Positions 36,825 through 45,772 of a stretch of DNA of 64,000 nucleotides are shown piece by piece. A program made the position numbers and the translations under genes. A model generated the notes under the pieces. The model was not told the origin of the DNA, did not search any database, and saw nothing but the letters and a program-made list of their open reading frames with translations. Positions within the stretch are counted from its first letter, which is position 1, and every line of letters starts with the position of its first letter. The DNA comes from Acidimicrobiales bacterium (GTDB lineage: Bacteria; Actinomycetota; Acidimicrobiia; Acidimicrobiales; JACDCH01). The stretch lies in assembly GCA_036493595.1 (NCBI GenBank), contig DASXPN010000106.1:11662-75661 (forward strand), read 5' to 3'.

Positions 36825-38411
36825 GTGGGCGCGCGCCGGCGCGTCGCGGTGGCGTTCGGCGCCGTCGCGCTCGTACTCACCATCGTCGTCGGTCCGGCGG
36901 CTCATGCCTCCGGACCGGCCGCCTGTGGTTGGCCGATGTACGGCCACGATCCCGGGCATTCCTTCGCGCAGGCGCCGAACTGCTCGACGGTCACAGTGCA
37001 GACCGCGCCGACCCTCACGCCGAAGTGGGTCTACCCGACGTCGCAACCCGTGAGTGCATCACCGGCGATCGTCGACAGCACTGTGTATGTCGGTGACTGG
37101 TCCGGCACGTTCTATGCGCTCCCCACCGATCCGCCGCCCGGGCCGGTGACGCCGCGCTGGACCTACAAGGTCGACGACACCAATGGGTTCGCGTTCGGGC
37201 GTATCGAGTCGTCGGCCGCGTACGTCTCGATCGGTGGCCGTCACGTGGTGCTGTTCGGGGGCGGCGCCACGCTGTACGCGCTCGACGCGGACACCGGCAC
37301 GAAGCTCGCCGGCGTGTGCCTCGACCCGCGTGCGGATCCCGCAGTGCGATGCAAGACGCCGGACGTCGAAGCCGAGATCGAATCGTCGCCCGCCGTGGTG
37401 CAGCGGGGCGGGTCCACGCTCGTGCTCGCCGGGATCGACGTGCACAACGACGAGAACGTGGGCCGCACCGGTGTCGTCGCGCTCGCGTTGCGATCGACGA
37501 AGTCGGGTGTGTCGCTCACGCCCGTGTGGAAGTTCGACCCGGAAGCAGGGGTGCCGTACACGGGGGACGACGAGTTGACGCGCGGCTCGGGCACCGGCAC
37601 CGGTTGTGCGGGCGTGTGGTCGTCGCCCGCCGTCGATGTGGCGAGGGACCTCGTGTTCTTCGGGACGGCGTCGTGCTCGGTCGACGGCGTCGCCGTCGGT
37701 GAGCACATGTGGGCGATCAGGCTCGACACCGGCGCGCTGGCGTGGTCGTACGGTCCGCCACGAGAGTCGACGCGCGACGACGACGACTTCGGTGCGTCGC
37801 CGAACCTGTTGCCCGGGGGGATGGTCGGCGAAGCGAGCAAGGACGGCTGGTACTACGCCCTCGACGAGCAGGCGGGACCGAACCACGCGCCGCGGCTTCG
37901 TTGGAAGACACACGTCGGCGAGTCGGGCCATCTCCAGCAAGACTTCGCCGTTGGTGGCGCCATCGGTACGCCGGCGACGGGCACCGTCAACGGCGGCCCC
38001 GCGATCTTCGTCACCACCGCGATCTCGACGCCGTTCGACGCGCCGCTCGACAGTGGACCCACGATCGACCAGTCGCTGACCGGCGATCCGGCGCGGCTGC
38101 TCTCGCTCGCCGCGATCAGCGCCACTGACGGCACGGTGCTCTGGCGGGCGCCGTTGTCGCGCCAGTCGTACGGTGCGCCGACGTTCGTGAACGGGGTCGT
38201 GCTCGTACCGTCGACCTTCGACTCCACGCTCGCCGCGTTCGCGGCGGACACGGGCTTGCCGCTCGCGATGCTGCCGGTCGTCGGGCCGCCGGCGAGCGCG
38301 CCGACGCCGGTCGGTAACTCGATCTACATGGGAGCGGGCACCGGGACCGGCACGGATTCACCGCTGTCGGACGCCAGCGGCGTATGGGCGTTCGAGGTCG
38401 CATCGCCCTGA
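36825..38411 (+). CDS. Secreted PQQ-binding-like beta-propeller protein (PVA dehydrogenase-like)
   Basis: Signal peptide; WPMYGHD, SASPAI, VWSSPAVD, DDDDFGASPNL, repeated TG...W blades. Confidence 0.8.
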   Translation: MGARRRVAVAFGAVALVLTIVVGPAAHASGPAACGWPMYGHDPGHSFAQAPNCSTVTVQTAPTLTPKWVYPTSQPVSASPAIVDSTVYVGDWSGTFYALPTDPPPGPVTPRWTYKVDDTNGFAFGRIESSAAYVSIGGRHVVLFGGGATLYALDADTGTKLAGVCLDPRADPAVRCKTPDVEAEIESSPAVVQRGGSTLVLAGIDVHNDENVGRTGVVALALRSTKSGVSLTPVWKFDPEAGVPYTGDDELTRGSGTGTGCAGVWSSPAVDVARDLVFFGTASCSVDGVAVGEHMWAIRLDTGALAWSYGPPRESTRDDDDFGASPNLLPGGMVGEASKDGWYYALDEQAGPNHAPRLRWKTHVGESGHLQQDFAVGGAIGTPATGTVNGGPAIFVTTAISTPFDAPLDSGPTIDQSLTGDPARLLSLAAISATDGTVLWRAPLSRQSYGAPTFVNGVVLVPSTFDSTLAAFAADTGLPLAMLPVVGPPASAPTPVGNSIYMGAGTGTGTDSPLSDASGVWAFEVASP

Positions 38412-38416
38412 AGAAC

Positions 38417-38434
38417 TATGACACGATCGTCAGG
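38417..38434. promoter_or_regulatory. TGAC-N6-GTCA operator TATGACACGATCGTCAGG
   Basis: Intergenic, upstream of the MaoC gene. Confidence 0.65.
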
Positions 38435-38463
38435 TACGCCTGGTTGACGAAGGGGAGCCGTCA

Positions 38464-38892
38464 GTGGCCGAAGAGAAGCTGTTCTTCGAGGACGTGAACG
38501 AGGGGGACGAGGCGCCGGTCGTGAGCCACGAGCTCACCCGCACCGATCTCGTGATGTACGCGGGCGCGTCGGGTGACTTCAACCCCATGCATCACGACGA
38601 GGTGAAGGCGAAGGAAGCCGGCCTGCCGAGCGTCTTCGGCCACGGCATGTTCTCGATGGGTCTGCTCGGTCGCGCCGTCAACGACTGGGTCGGTGTCGGC
38701 AACCTTCGCAACTTCCGCGTGCGCTTCACGAAGCAGACGTGGCCCGGCGAGCAGCTCACATCCAAGATCGTCGTGACGGCCAAGCGCAAGGACGACGGCG
38801 ACAACCTCGTCGACCTCGACGTCTCGCTCACCAACGAGAACGGCGAGGTGAAGGTGGCCGGCTCGGCCATCGCCGCGCTGCCGTCACACTGA
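38464..38892 (+). CDS. MaoC-family (R)-specific enoyl-CoA hydratase/dehydratase
   Basis: YAGASGDFNPMHHD, FGHGM hot-dog motif. Confidence 0.92.
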   Translation: MAEEKLFFEDVNEGDEAPVVSHELTRTDLVMYAGASGDFNPMHHDEVKAKEAGLPSVFGHGMFSMGLLGRAVNDWVGVGNLRNFRVRFTKQTWPGEQLTSKIVVTAKRKDDGDNLVDLDVSLTNENGEVKVAGSAIAALPSH

Positions 38893-38914
38893 CACGCAGA
38901 CACGCGACCGACAC

Positions 38915-38932
38915 GCTGACACGCGCGTCATC
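38915..38932. promoter_or_regulatory. TGAC-N6-GTCA operator-like GCTGACACGCGCGTCATC, embedded in four GACACGC repeats (38891-38924)
   Basis: Read directly; precedes a possible small ORF. Confidence 0.5.
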
Positions 38933-38938
38933 GTTGGC

Positions 38939-39157
38939 GTGAGAGCGCGGCGGCGAGCGGGGGACTACGACGCGCTCACCGGGCGCCAGCTCTCGGTGCA
39001 CGACGACATCGACGAGGCGCTCGGGCATGTCGACGAGGTGCGCGACGAGGAGCTGTACGTCCTCGGCGTGCGCACGCTCCCGCCCCGCGTCAGCCGCCCA
39101 TCAGCTTGGCGAGGCGCTCCGTCGCGTCGATGCACTCCTCGACCATCGTGTAGATGA
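38939..39157 (+). CDS. Possible small protein or gene remnant
   Basis: DYDALTGRQLSVHDDIDEALGHVDEVRDEELYVLGVR has coding-like codon use; overlaps the convergent gene by 68 bp. Confidence 0.3.
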   Translation: MRARRRAGDYDALTGRQLSVHDDIDEALGHVDEVRDEELYVLGVRTLPPRVSRPSAWRGAPSRRCTPRPSCR

Positions 39158-40208
39158 CGTCCTTCACCGGGCGCACTTTGTGGGCTTGACCGATGACCTG
39201 CCCCGCCGGGTTGAAGTTCACCGTCTTCGCCTGCTCGGGATAGCGATGGCCGCGAGACACCGCGGTCGACGTGACCATGAACTGCAACGGCATACCGAGA
39301 GGATCGGGCGTGTCGGCACGCTCCCACGCGTCGGTCCAGTCGTTGCGCAACATGCGGCACGGTTTACCGGTGTACGAACGCGAGCGGACGGTGTCCCGCG
39401 ACGACGCCGCGAGGTAGCTCTCCATCTGCGCCGGAGGGATGTCGGCCTCCTCGACGGTGAGCCACAGGGTGCCCGTCCACACGCCTTGCGCGCCGAGTGC
39501 GAGCGCAGCCGCCATCTGGCGACCGTTGCCGATGCCACCGGCGGCGAGCACGGGCGTCGGCGCGACGGCGTCGATGACCTCGGGCCACAGCACGCTCGAA
39601 CCGACATCGCCGGTATGGCCGCCACCCTCGGTGCCCTGCGCGATGACGATGTCGACGCCCGCCTCCTTGTGCGCGAGTGCTTGTTTGGACGCGCCGCACA
39701 ACGCCGCCACGAGACGGCCGGACTCGTGGATCTCGTCGATGATGTCGCTCGGCGGCGTGCCGAGTGCGTTGGCGATGAGTTTGACCTTGTCGTGTTGCAG
39801 CGCGAGCTCGACTTGCGGGGTCGCGGTGGCAGCCGTCCAGCCGAGCAACTCGCGCGGCGCCTCCTCGTCGGGAAGCTGCGGCACGCCGTGATCACCGAGG
39901 ATCTGCTCGACGAACTCGCGATGTTGCCGTGGGATCATCGCCTTCAGGTCGGCTTCGAGCTTCACCGGGTCGATCTCGCCCATGCCCTCGTACTTGCCGG
40001 GGATCACGATGTCGACGCCGTACGGACGATCACCCACGTGCTCGTCGATCCAGTCGAGCTCCACCGCGAGCTGTTCAGGACTGAACCCGACCGCGCCCAG
40101 CACACCGAACCCGCCCGCCTTCGACACTGCCGCCACCACGTCGCGGCAATGGGTGAACGCGAAGATGGGGAACTCGATCCCGAGTTGCTTGGCCACGTCC
40201 GTCTGCAT
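39090..40208 (-). CDS. Nitronate monooxygenase family FMN enzyme (resembles mycobacterial Rv1894c type, from memory)
   Basis: LGIEFPIFAFTHCRDVVAAVSKAGGFGVLGAVGF, AQGTEGGGHTG, LAAGGIG.G. Confidence 0.9.
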   Translation of the reverse strand: MQTDVAKQLGIEFPIFAFTHCRDVVAAVSKAGGFGVLGAVGFSPEQLAVELDWIDEHVGDRPYGVDIVIPGKYEGMGEIDPVKLEADLKAMIPRQHREFVEQILGDHGVPQLPDEEAPRELLGWTAATATPQVELALQHDKVKLIANALGTPPSDIIDEIHESGRLVAALCGASKQALAHKEAGVDIVIAQGTEGGGHTGDVGSSVLWPEVIDAVAPTPVLAAGGIGNGRQMAAALALGAQGVWTGTLWLTVEEADIPPAQMESYLAASSRDTVRSRSYTGKPCRMLRNDWTDAWERADTPDPLGMPLQFMVTSTAVSRGHRYPEQAKTVNFNPAGQVIGQAHKVRPVKDVIYTMVEECIDATERLAKLMGG

Positions 40209-40225
40209 GTCAGTCCTCTCGTCGC

Positions 40226-40273
40226 AATGTTGGTGCCATTGCGGGGCCATGGCCCCGCAATGGACCCGGAGTT
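40226..40273. repeat. 48-bp hairpin repeat, copy 4
   Basis: AATGTTGGTGCCATTGCGGGGCCATGGCCCCGCAATGGACCCGGAGTT between the co-directional P450 and NMO genes. Confidence 0.92.
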
Positions 40274-40298
40274 GGGAAGTGTGGGAAGTCGGGAGCCC

Positions 40299-41528
40299 TC
40301 AGCCGTCGAGGGCGACGGGCATGTACTTGATGCCGTTGATGAAGTCCGACCGCATCCGACATACCTCGCCCGCGAGCGAAGGGTTCGGGTAGCGGCGCAG
40401 CATCTCTCGCAGCATCCACTTGATCTCGAGCCTCGCCAAGTTGGCACCGAGGCAGAAGTGGACCCCGCCGCCGCCGAAGGTCACGTGATCGTTGGGCGAA
40501 CGGCGGATGTCGAAGGCCATGGAGTCGTCGAAGACGTCCTCGTCGCGATTGGCGGAGGCGTAGAACGTCACGACCTTGTCGCCCTCCTTGATCGGGACGC
40601 CACGGATCTCGGTGTCATGCGTTGTCGTACGGCGGAAGTTGTGGATCGACGCGCCCCAGCGGAGCATCTCTTCGACTGCGGTGTCCCACAGCGCGTCGTC
40701 GTCGATGTTGGCGACGAGCCCGGCGCGCGCCTGCGGGTGATCGATCAGCGCCAGCATCGCGTGCGCGATCAGGTTGCGGGTCGTCTCGTTGCCCGCCACC
40801 ACGAGCAGCACGAAGAACAGGTTGAGCTCGGTGTCGGAGAGCCGGTCACCATCGATCTCGGCATGAACGAGGAGGGACATGATGTCCTCGCACGGGTTCG
40901 CCCGCCGGTCCGCGGCGAGCTCGTCGCACAAGGCGTAGAGCTCGGCGGATGCGAGCATCCCGTCCTCTGGCGAGGACTGGAAGTCCGGGTCCTGTGAGCC
41001 GACGAGCCGGTTGGCCAGCGCGGTGGCGCGGTGGCGGTCGCCCTCGGGGATGCCGATCATCTCGCAGATGGCCTGCATCGGCAGCTCCGCCGCGATGTCC
41101 AACGTGAATTCGATCTCGTCGCGGCCCTCGATTCCTTCGACGATGCGGCGGGCCCGCGTCGCGATCGAGTCCTGGAGCATCGCGATCATGCGAGGTGTGA
41201 ATCCGGCGGACACGAGGCGGCGGTAACGATTGTGCTTCGGCGGGTCCATCTGCAAGAGCGTCATGCGATGGAACTCCATCGCCATCGGATCCTGATCGAG
41301 GATGAACGCGGAGCCGACTTCGGTCGAGAACGTGGCGACGTCCTTGCTGATCGCCTTCACGTCGTTGTGTTTGGTGATGGCCCAGAAGCCCTGCGCGTGC
41401 GGATGGTCGTGCCAGAACACGGGCGCCTCGCGACGCAGCACCGCGAACTGATCGTGGGGGACGCCGCGCGCCCATGTGTCCTCGAGCAGATCGATCTCGT
41501 CCAGCCTGACGTCGTTCCGCACCGTCAT
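40299..41528 (-). CDS. Cytochrome P450, CYP124/CYP125-like (methyl-branched lipid or sterol side-chain oxidase)
   Basis: GFWAITKH.DV, MDPPKH...R.LV..GFTP, VAGNETTR, EEMLR, FGGGGVHFCLG. Confidence 0.9.
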   Translation of the reverse strand: MTVRNDVRLDEIDLLEDTWARGVPHDQFAVLRREAPVFWHDHPHAQGFWAITKHNDVKAISKDVATFSTEVGSAFILDQDPMAMEFHRMTLLQMDPPKHNRYRRLVSAGFTPRMIAMLQDSIATRARRIVEGIEGRDEIEFTLDIAAELPMQAICEMIGIPEGDRHRATALANRLVGSQDPDFQSSPEDGMLASAELYALCDELAADRRANPCEDIMSLLVHAEIDGDRLSDTELNLFFVLLVVAGNETTRNLIAHAMLALIDHPQARAGLVANIDDDALWDTAVEEMLRWGASIHNFRRTTTHDTEIRGVPIKEGDKVVTFYASANRDEDVFDDSMAFDIRRSPNDHVTFGGGGVHFCLGANLARLEIKWMLREMLRRYPNPSLAGEVCRMRSDFINGIKYMPVALDG

Positions 41529-42130
41529 GACGCGTCTCCTTGGATGATGGCCCGCAAACCGGCGACGACGTCGTCGGTAGAGAATGCCTCTGGGTCGATG
41601 CGTTGCTGCATGGCCGCGCCCAGCAACAACGCGATGACGAGGCCGGCGGTGCGCTTCGGATGGCGCAGGCGCCCGAGGTCCTCGTCGGAGGTCCACAAGC
41701 CCAACGGCGATGCGAGGGCGCGCCGCCGGTCTTCGTACCGCTTCGCGAGGTCGTCGGTGAACTCCGCGGTACGGGCCGCGTACAGCCACAGCTCGAACTC
41801 GAGCAGCACCCATGCGTCGCTGTTCTCGGGATCAGGTGCCATCGAGTCCGACCACAGCGCCCGCAAGCGGCCGTCGAGATCGGGGGAGCCTTCGACGTCG
41901 GCCAGGATGCGGGCCGCCGATTCGTCGAGCCATTGCTCCACCAGCGCCAGCAGGAGCCCGTCCTTGCTGCCGAAGTGGTTGTACAGGGCGCCGGTCGTGC
42001 GGTCGGCGGCATCGGCGACCGCCTCGGCCGACACCGCATGGAAGCCCTTACGGGCGAAGAGATCGGCGGCGGCAGACAGCAACCGTGACCGGGTCTCGGC
42101 CTTGCGCTCTTCCTGTGTCCGGGCCGGCAT
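41525..42130 (-). CDS. TetR/AcrR family transcriptional regulator (TetR-1)
   Basis: TRSRLLSAAADLFARKGFHAVS.E.VA..A..TTGALYNHF.SK.GL; -10 TGTAAT 7 nt before ATG 42130. Confidence 0.92.
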   Translation of the reverse strand: MPARTQEERKAETRSRLLSAAADLFARKGFHAVSAEAVADAADRTTGALYNHFGSKDGLLLALVEQWLDESAARILADVEGSPDLDGRLRALWSDSMAPDPENSDAWVLLEFELWLYAARTAEFTDDLAKRYEDRRRALASPLGLWTSDEDLGRLRHPKRTAGLVIALLLGAAMQQRIDPEAFSTDDVVAGLRAIIQGDAS

Positions 42131-42142
42131 AGGGTTCATTAC

Positions 42143-42164
42143 ATATATCGAACATCCGATATAT
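42143..42164. promoter_or_regulatory. AT-rich inverted repeat ATATATCG-N6-CGATATAT, probable TetR-1 operator
   Basis: Perfect 8-bp arms just upstream of the TetR-1 -10. Confidence 0.7.
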
Positions 42165-42188
42165 CTGCAAGTAGGGCGCCCTCGGCAA

Positions 42189-42206
42189 CCTGACGCTGCT
42201 GTCATA
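42189..42206. promoter_or_regulatory. TGAC-N6-GTCA operator CCTGACGCTGCTGTCATA
   Basis: Overlaps -10-like CATACT, 8 nt before the SDR GTG. Confidence 0.65.
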
Positions 42207-42216
42207 CTTCGGTCCC

Positions 42217-42990
42217 GTGGGGGACCGAGGTGGTGCCGGTGTCGACGGGCGGGTCGTCATCCTCACCGGATCGGGTCAGGGCATCGGTCGCGGCATGGCG
42301 CTGCACCTCGGCAGGCACGGCGCTCGGGTCGTGGTGGCGGACTGGAAGGCGCATCGTGTCGAGCGGGTCGTCGCGGAGCTCAATGGCCTCGGTGTCGATG
42401 CGCTCGGTGTCGAGTGCAACATCCTCGATCGAAGCTCGATCGACGCGACCGTGGCGGCGACCGTCGAGACGTACGGACGCGTCGACGCGCTGATCAACAA
42501 CGCGCACACCTTCACCGCGAAGGCTTCGATCGAGGACGTGAGCGAGGACGACCTCGACCTCAATCAGGGCACGGTCAAGGGCACTCTCGCCGGGATGCAG
42601 GCGGTGTATCCGCATATGAAGGAGCGCGGCTGGGGTCGCATCGTCAACTTCGTGTCCGCGGCGGGCATCACCGGCATGGCCGGCTACGGCGCGTACAACG
42701 CGTCGAAGGAGGCGATCCGCGCGCTGACGCGCACTGCGGCGCGCGAGTGGGGTCGCGACGGGATCGTCGTCAACGCGATCGCACCCGGTGCCGCGTCGAA
42801 GCGAGGACAAGAGGCGGCCGCTCGCGACGAGGACGGGTACCGAGTCTTTCTCCGCGACCATCCGATGGGACGCCAAGGTGATCCCGAAACCGACATCGGT
42901 CCGGTTGCCCTGTTCCTGTGCAGCGACGCGTGCCGCTTCCTGACCGGACAGACCCTCATGGTCGACGGCGGCGCATTTCTGTGGGCCTGA
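42217..42990 (+). CDS. SDR family oxidoreductase
   Basis: TGSGQGIG, INNA, YNASK. Confidence 0.93.
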   Translation: MGDRGGAGVDGRVVILTGSGQGIGRGMALHLGRHGARVVVADWKAHRVERVVAELNGLGVDALGVECNILDRSSIDATVAATVETYGRVDALINNAHTFTAKASIEDVSEDDLDLNQGTVKGTLAGMQAVYPHMKERGWGRIVNFVSAAGITGMAGYGAYNASKEAIRALTRTAAREWGRDGIVVNAIAPGAASKRGQEAAARDEDGYRVFLRDHPMGRQGDPETDIGPVALFLCSDACRFLTGQTLMVDGGAFLWA

Positions 42991-43028
42991 GCGCTCACCC
43001 CCAATCGAAACCGACTCCGGAGTGACAC

Positions 43029-43838
43029 GTGCCGATTCACTACGACAAGCGAGACGATCACATCGTCGTCATCACGATCGATCGTCCCGAGGCGAAGAAT
43101 TCGCTCGACCTACATCACTTCCGTGACCTCGCGGCAGCGTGGCGCGACTTCGGCGACGACGACGACCTGTGGCTGGCGATCATCACCGGCGTCGACCGGT
43201 GCTTCATGGCCGGCGCCGATCTCAAGACGTACATCCCGCAGATCACCGAGTTGTCCGAGAAGATCAGCAGCGGTGAGGTCACCGAGATCGACGGTTGCAA
43301 GTTGCGTGACGGCACCGACGCGGTGTTGCGCAACGCCAAGCTGTACAAGCCGATCATCGCTGCGGTCGACGGTCCGTGTGTCGCCGGTGGCATGGAGATG
43401 CTCGGTGGCATCGACATCCGCATCGCGACGCGCAACGCGCGGTTCGGCGTTATGGAACCGAAGCAAGGCCTGTTCGCCGGCGGCGGCACCACGGTGCGGC
43501 TACCGCGACAGATCCCGTTCCCCGCGGCGATGGAGTTCCTGTTGACGGCCGAGCCGATACCGGCCGAGCGCGCCCTTGCCCTCGGGCTGCTCAACGAGAT
43601 CGTCGAACCCGATGAGCTGATGGACCGCGCGTTCTGGTGGGCGGGGCGGATTCTCGCCAACGGTCCGCTCGCGGTCCGCGCCACGAAGGAGAGCGTCGTG
43701 CGTGGTCTCGCCGTCACGATGAAGGAGGCCTACAAGATCGAACAGGAGCTGTCGCAGGTGGTGTTCGCCAGCGAGGACGCGAAGGAAGGTCCGAAGGCGT
43801 TCGCCGAGAAGCGCAAGGCCGAGTGGAAGAACCGCTGA
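43029..43838 (+). CDS. Enoyl-CoA hydratase (two catalytic Glu retained)
   Basis: FMAGADLK, AGGMEML, ARFGVMEPKQG. Confidence 0.92.
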   Translation: MPIHYDKRDDHIVVITIDRPEAKNSLDLHHFRDLAAAWRDFGDDDDLWLAIITGVDRCFMAGADLKTYIPQITELSEKISSGEVTEIDGCKLRDGTDAVLRNAKLYKPIIAAVDGPCVAGGMEMLGGIDIRIATRNARFGVMEPKQGLFAGGGTTVRLPRQIPFPAAMEFLLTAEPIPAERALALGLLNEIVEPDELMDRAFWWAGRILANGPLAVRATKESVVRGLAVTMKEAYKIEQELSQVVFASEDAKEGPKAFAEKRKAEWKNR

Positions 43839-45343
43839 TGCCAGTCGACCCGCGCAGTCCGTGCATCGTCGGCGTCGCCCAGTCGATATCGCGCCCTGAG
43901 GACGGTCCTTCGCCGGAGCCGCTCGACTCGTGGGAGCTCGTGGTCCGGGCGGCAATCGACGATGCCGGCGCCCGCGACGGCGGCGTGCTCGACGCCGTGG
44001 AGTCGTTGCAGATCGTGTACTGCCAGTCGTGGCAATACGACGACCCGCCTGACCGCTTGTGCGATCGCCTCGGTATCGAGCCGAAGCATCGCTACTACTC
44101 GGGCATCGGTGGCACGACCCCGCAAGTGCTCCTCGACCGCGCCGCCGAGTCGATCGTGCGGGGCGAGCTCGATGTCGCGGTCGTATGTGGCGCCGAGGCG
44201 CTCGACACGGTGCGCCGCATGAAGAAGAACGGCGAACGTCCGCAATGGTCGTTCAAGCCTGACGACAAGCGGCCGTTCCCGTTCGAAGCGCCGTTCCATC
44301 CCGCCGAGGTCGCGCACGAGGTGTTCCAGGCGTACACCACGTTTGCCTTGTGGGATGTGGCGCGGCGCGCGCACCTCGGCGTCGCGCCCGACGACTACCG
44401 CGCCTCGATCGGCGAGCTGTTCGCACCGATGACGGATGTCGCCGCCCGTAACCAGTACGCGTGGTTCCCGATCGCTCGGGATGCCAACGAGCTCGTCGAG
44501 CCGACGCGGGACAACCGCATGGTTGCCTATCCCTACACGAAGTACGTGATCTCGGTCATGGAGGTCGACCTCGCCGCCGCGCTCGTCGTCACGTCACACG
44601 AGGCCGCGGACCGCCTCGGCATACCGGCTGATCGCCGCGTGTACCTGCGGGGCTGGTGCTACGCGACCGATCCCGTCTACGTCGCCGAGCACGATCCGAT
44701 GTGGTCGTCGCCGGCCATGGCGGCTGCCTCCGCCGAGGCCTTGCGCGCCGCTGGTACTGACATCGACGACATCGCATACCTCGATCTGTACAGCTGCTTC
44801 CCCTCCTCCGTGGCGTTCGCGCTCGACGCGCTCGGCTTGCGCCCGGACGACGGCCGCGGGTTCACGGTCACCGGCGGCCTTCCGTACTTCGGCGGCGCCG
44901 GCAGTGACTACGTGACGCATTCGATCGCCCAGATGGTCGGCGTGCTGCGCGGCGACCCGGGCGCACTCGGCCTGTGCAGCGGCGTCGGCATGCACATGAC
45001 GAAGCACGTGTACGGCGTGTACTCCACGTCGCCGGGCGCCGCGGCGCCACGTCCCGACGAAGCCGCCGTGCAGCACGGGCTCGACGCCCGTCCGAAGCGA
45101 GCGATCGCCGACTCGTTCTCGGGGGAGGCAACCATCGCGTCGTACACGGTGCTGCACGGGCGCGACGGCGCGCCCCAGTGGGGGCTCGTGGTGTGTGATC
45201 TCACCGATGGCCGACGTTGCTACGGCCGGGTGACCGACGCGACCATGCTCGCCGCACTCGAGCGGGATGAGTGCGTTGGTCGTACGGTCGGATTGCTCAC
45301 GAACGATGCCAACGTGAACGAGGTGACGTCATGGGTGCGTTGA
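43838..45343 (+). CDS. Thiolase-like protein with C-terminal extension (acetyl-CoA acetyltransferase-like)
   Basis: GIGGTTPQ, V.LAAAL, DLYSCFPSSV, TVTGGLPYFGG, C-terminal IASYTV.HGRDG.P. Confidence 0.85.
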   Translation: MPVDPRSPCIVGVAQSISRPEDGPSPEPLDSWELVVRAAIDDAGARDGGVLDAVESLQIVYCQSWQYDDPPDRLCDRLGIEPKHRYYSGIGGTTPQVLLDRAAESIVRGELDVAVVCGAEALDTVRRMKKNGERPQWSFKPDDKRPFPFEAPFHPAEVAHEVFQAYTTFALWDVARRAHLGVAPDDYRASIGELFAPMTDVAARNQYAWFPIARDANELVEPTRDNRMVAYPYTKYVISVMEVDLAAALVVTSHEAADRLGIPADRRVYLRGWCYATDPVYVAEHDPMWSSPAMAAASAEALRAAGTDIDDIAYLDLYSCFPSSVAFALDALGLRPDDGRGFTVTGGLPYFGGAGSDYVTHSIAQMVGVLRGDPGALGLCSGVGMHMTKHVYGVYSTSPGAAAPRPDEAAVQHGLDARPKRAIADSFSGEATIASYTVLHGRDGAPQWGLVVCDLTDGRRCYGRVTDATMLAALERDECVGRTVGLLTNDANVNEVTSWVR

Positions 45344-45771
45344 CGATGACGAAGCACGAGCGCGAGGCCTTCCTCGCCGGGACCCACATCGGCGTCCTCG
45401 CGGTCGCGGGTGACTCGGATGGCGCGGCGCCCACGGTCACCCCGATCTGGTACTCGTACGATCCGGGCGGCGATGTGATCGTCACCACCGACCGCGGATC
45501 GAAGAAGACCGACCTGTTGCGGAGCGCGGGTCACGCCAGCTTCTGCGTGCAGACCGAGACCGCGCCGTACCAGTACGTGGTGGTCGAGGGCCCGGTCGCC
45601 ATCAGCGACGGCGTCGACTCACAGTGGCGTCGAACCGTGTCCCGGCGCTTCCTCGGTGACGAGCTCGGCGATGCGTACGCCGACTCGACGATGGACAGCG
45701 AGGCGACCGCGGTGACCGTCCGCCTCACCCCGCAACGGTGGCGCACGACCGACTACGGCAAGTTGTTCTGA
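45331..45771 (+). CDS. Pyridoxamine 5'-phosphate oxidase-like (PPOX/F420-binding) protein
   Basis: EREAFL, GVLAV, P.VTPIWY.Y, S.K..LL, YQYVVVEG. Confidence 0.85.
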   Translation: MGALTMTKHEREAFLAGTHIGVLAVAGDSDGAAPTVTPIWYSYDPGGDVIVTTDRGSKKTDLLRSAGHASFCVQTETAPYQYVVVEGPVAISDGVDSQWRRTVSRRFLGDELGDAYADSTMDSEATAVTVRLTPQRWRTTDYGKLF

Positions 45772-45772
45772 C

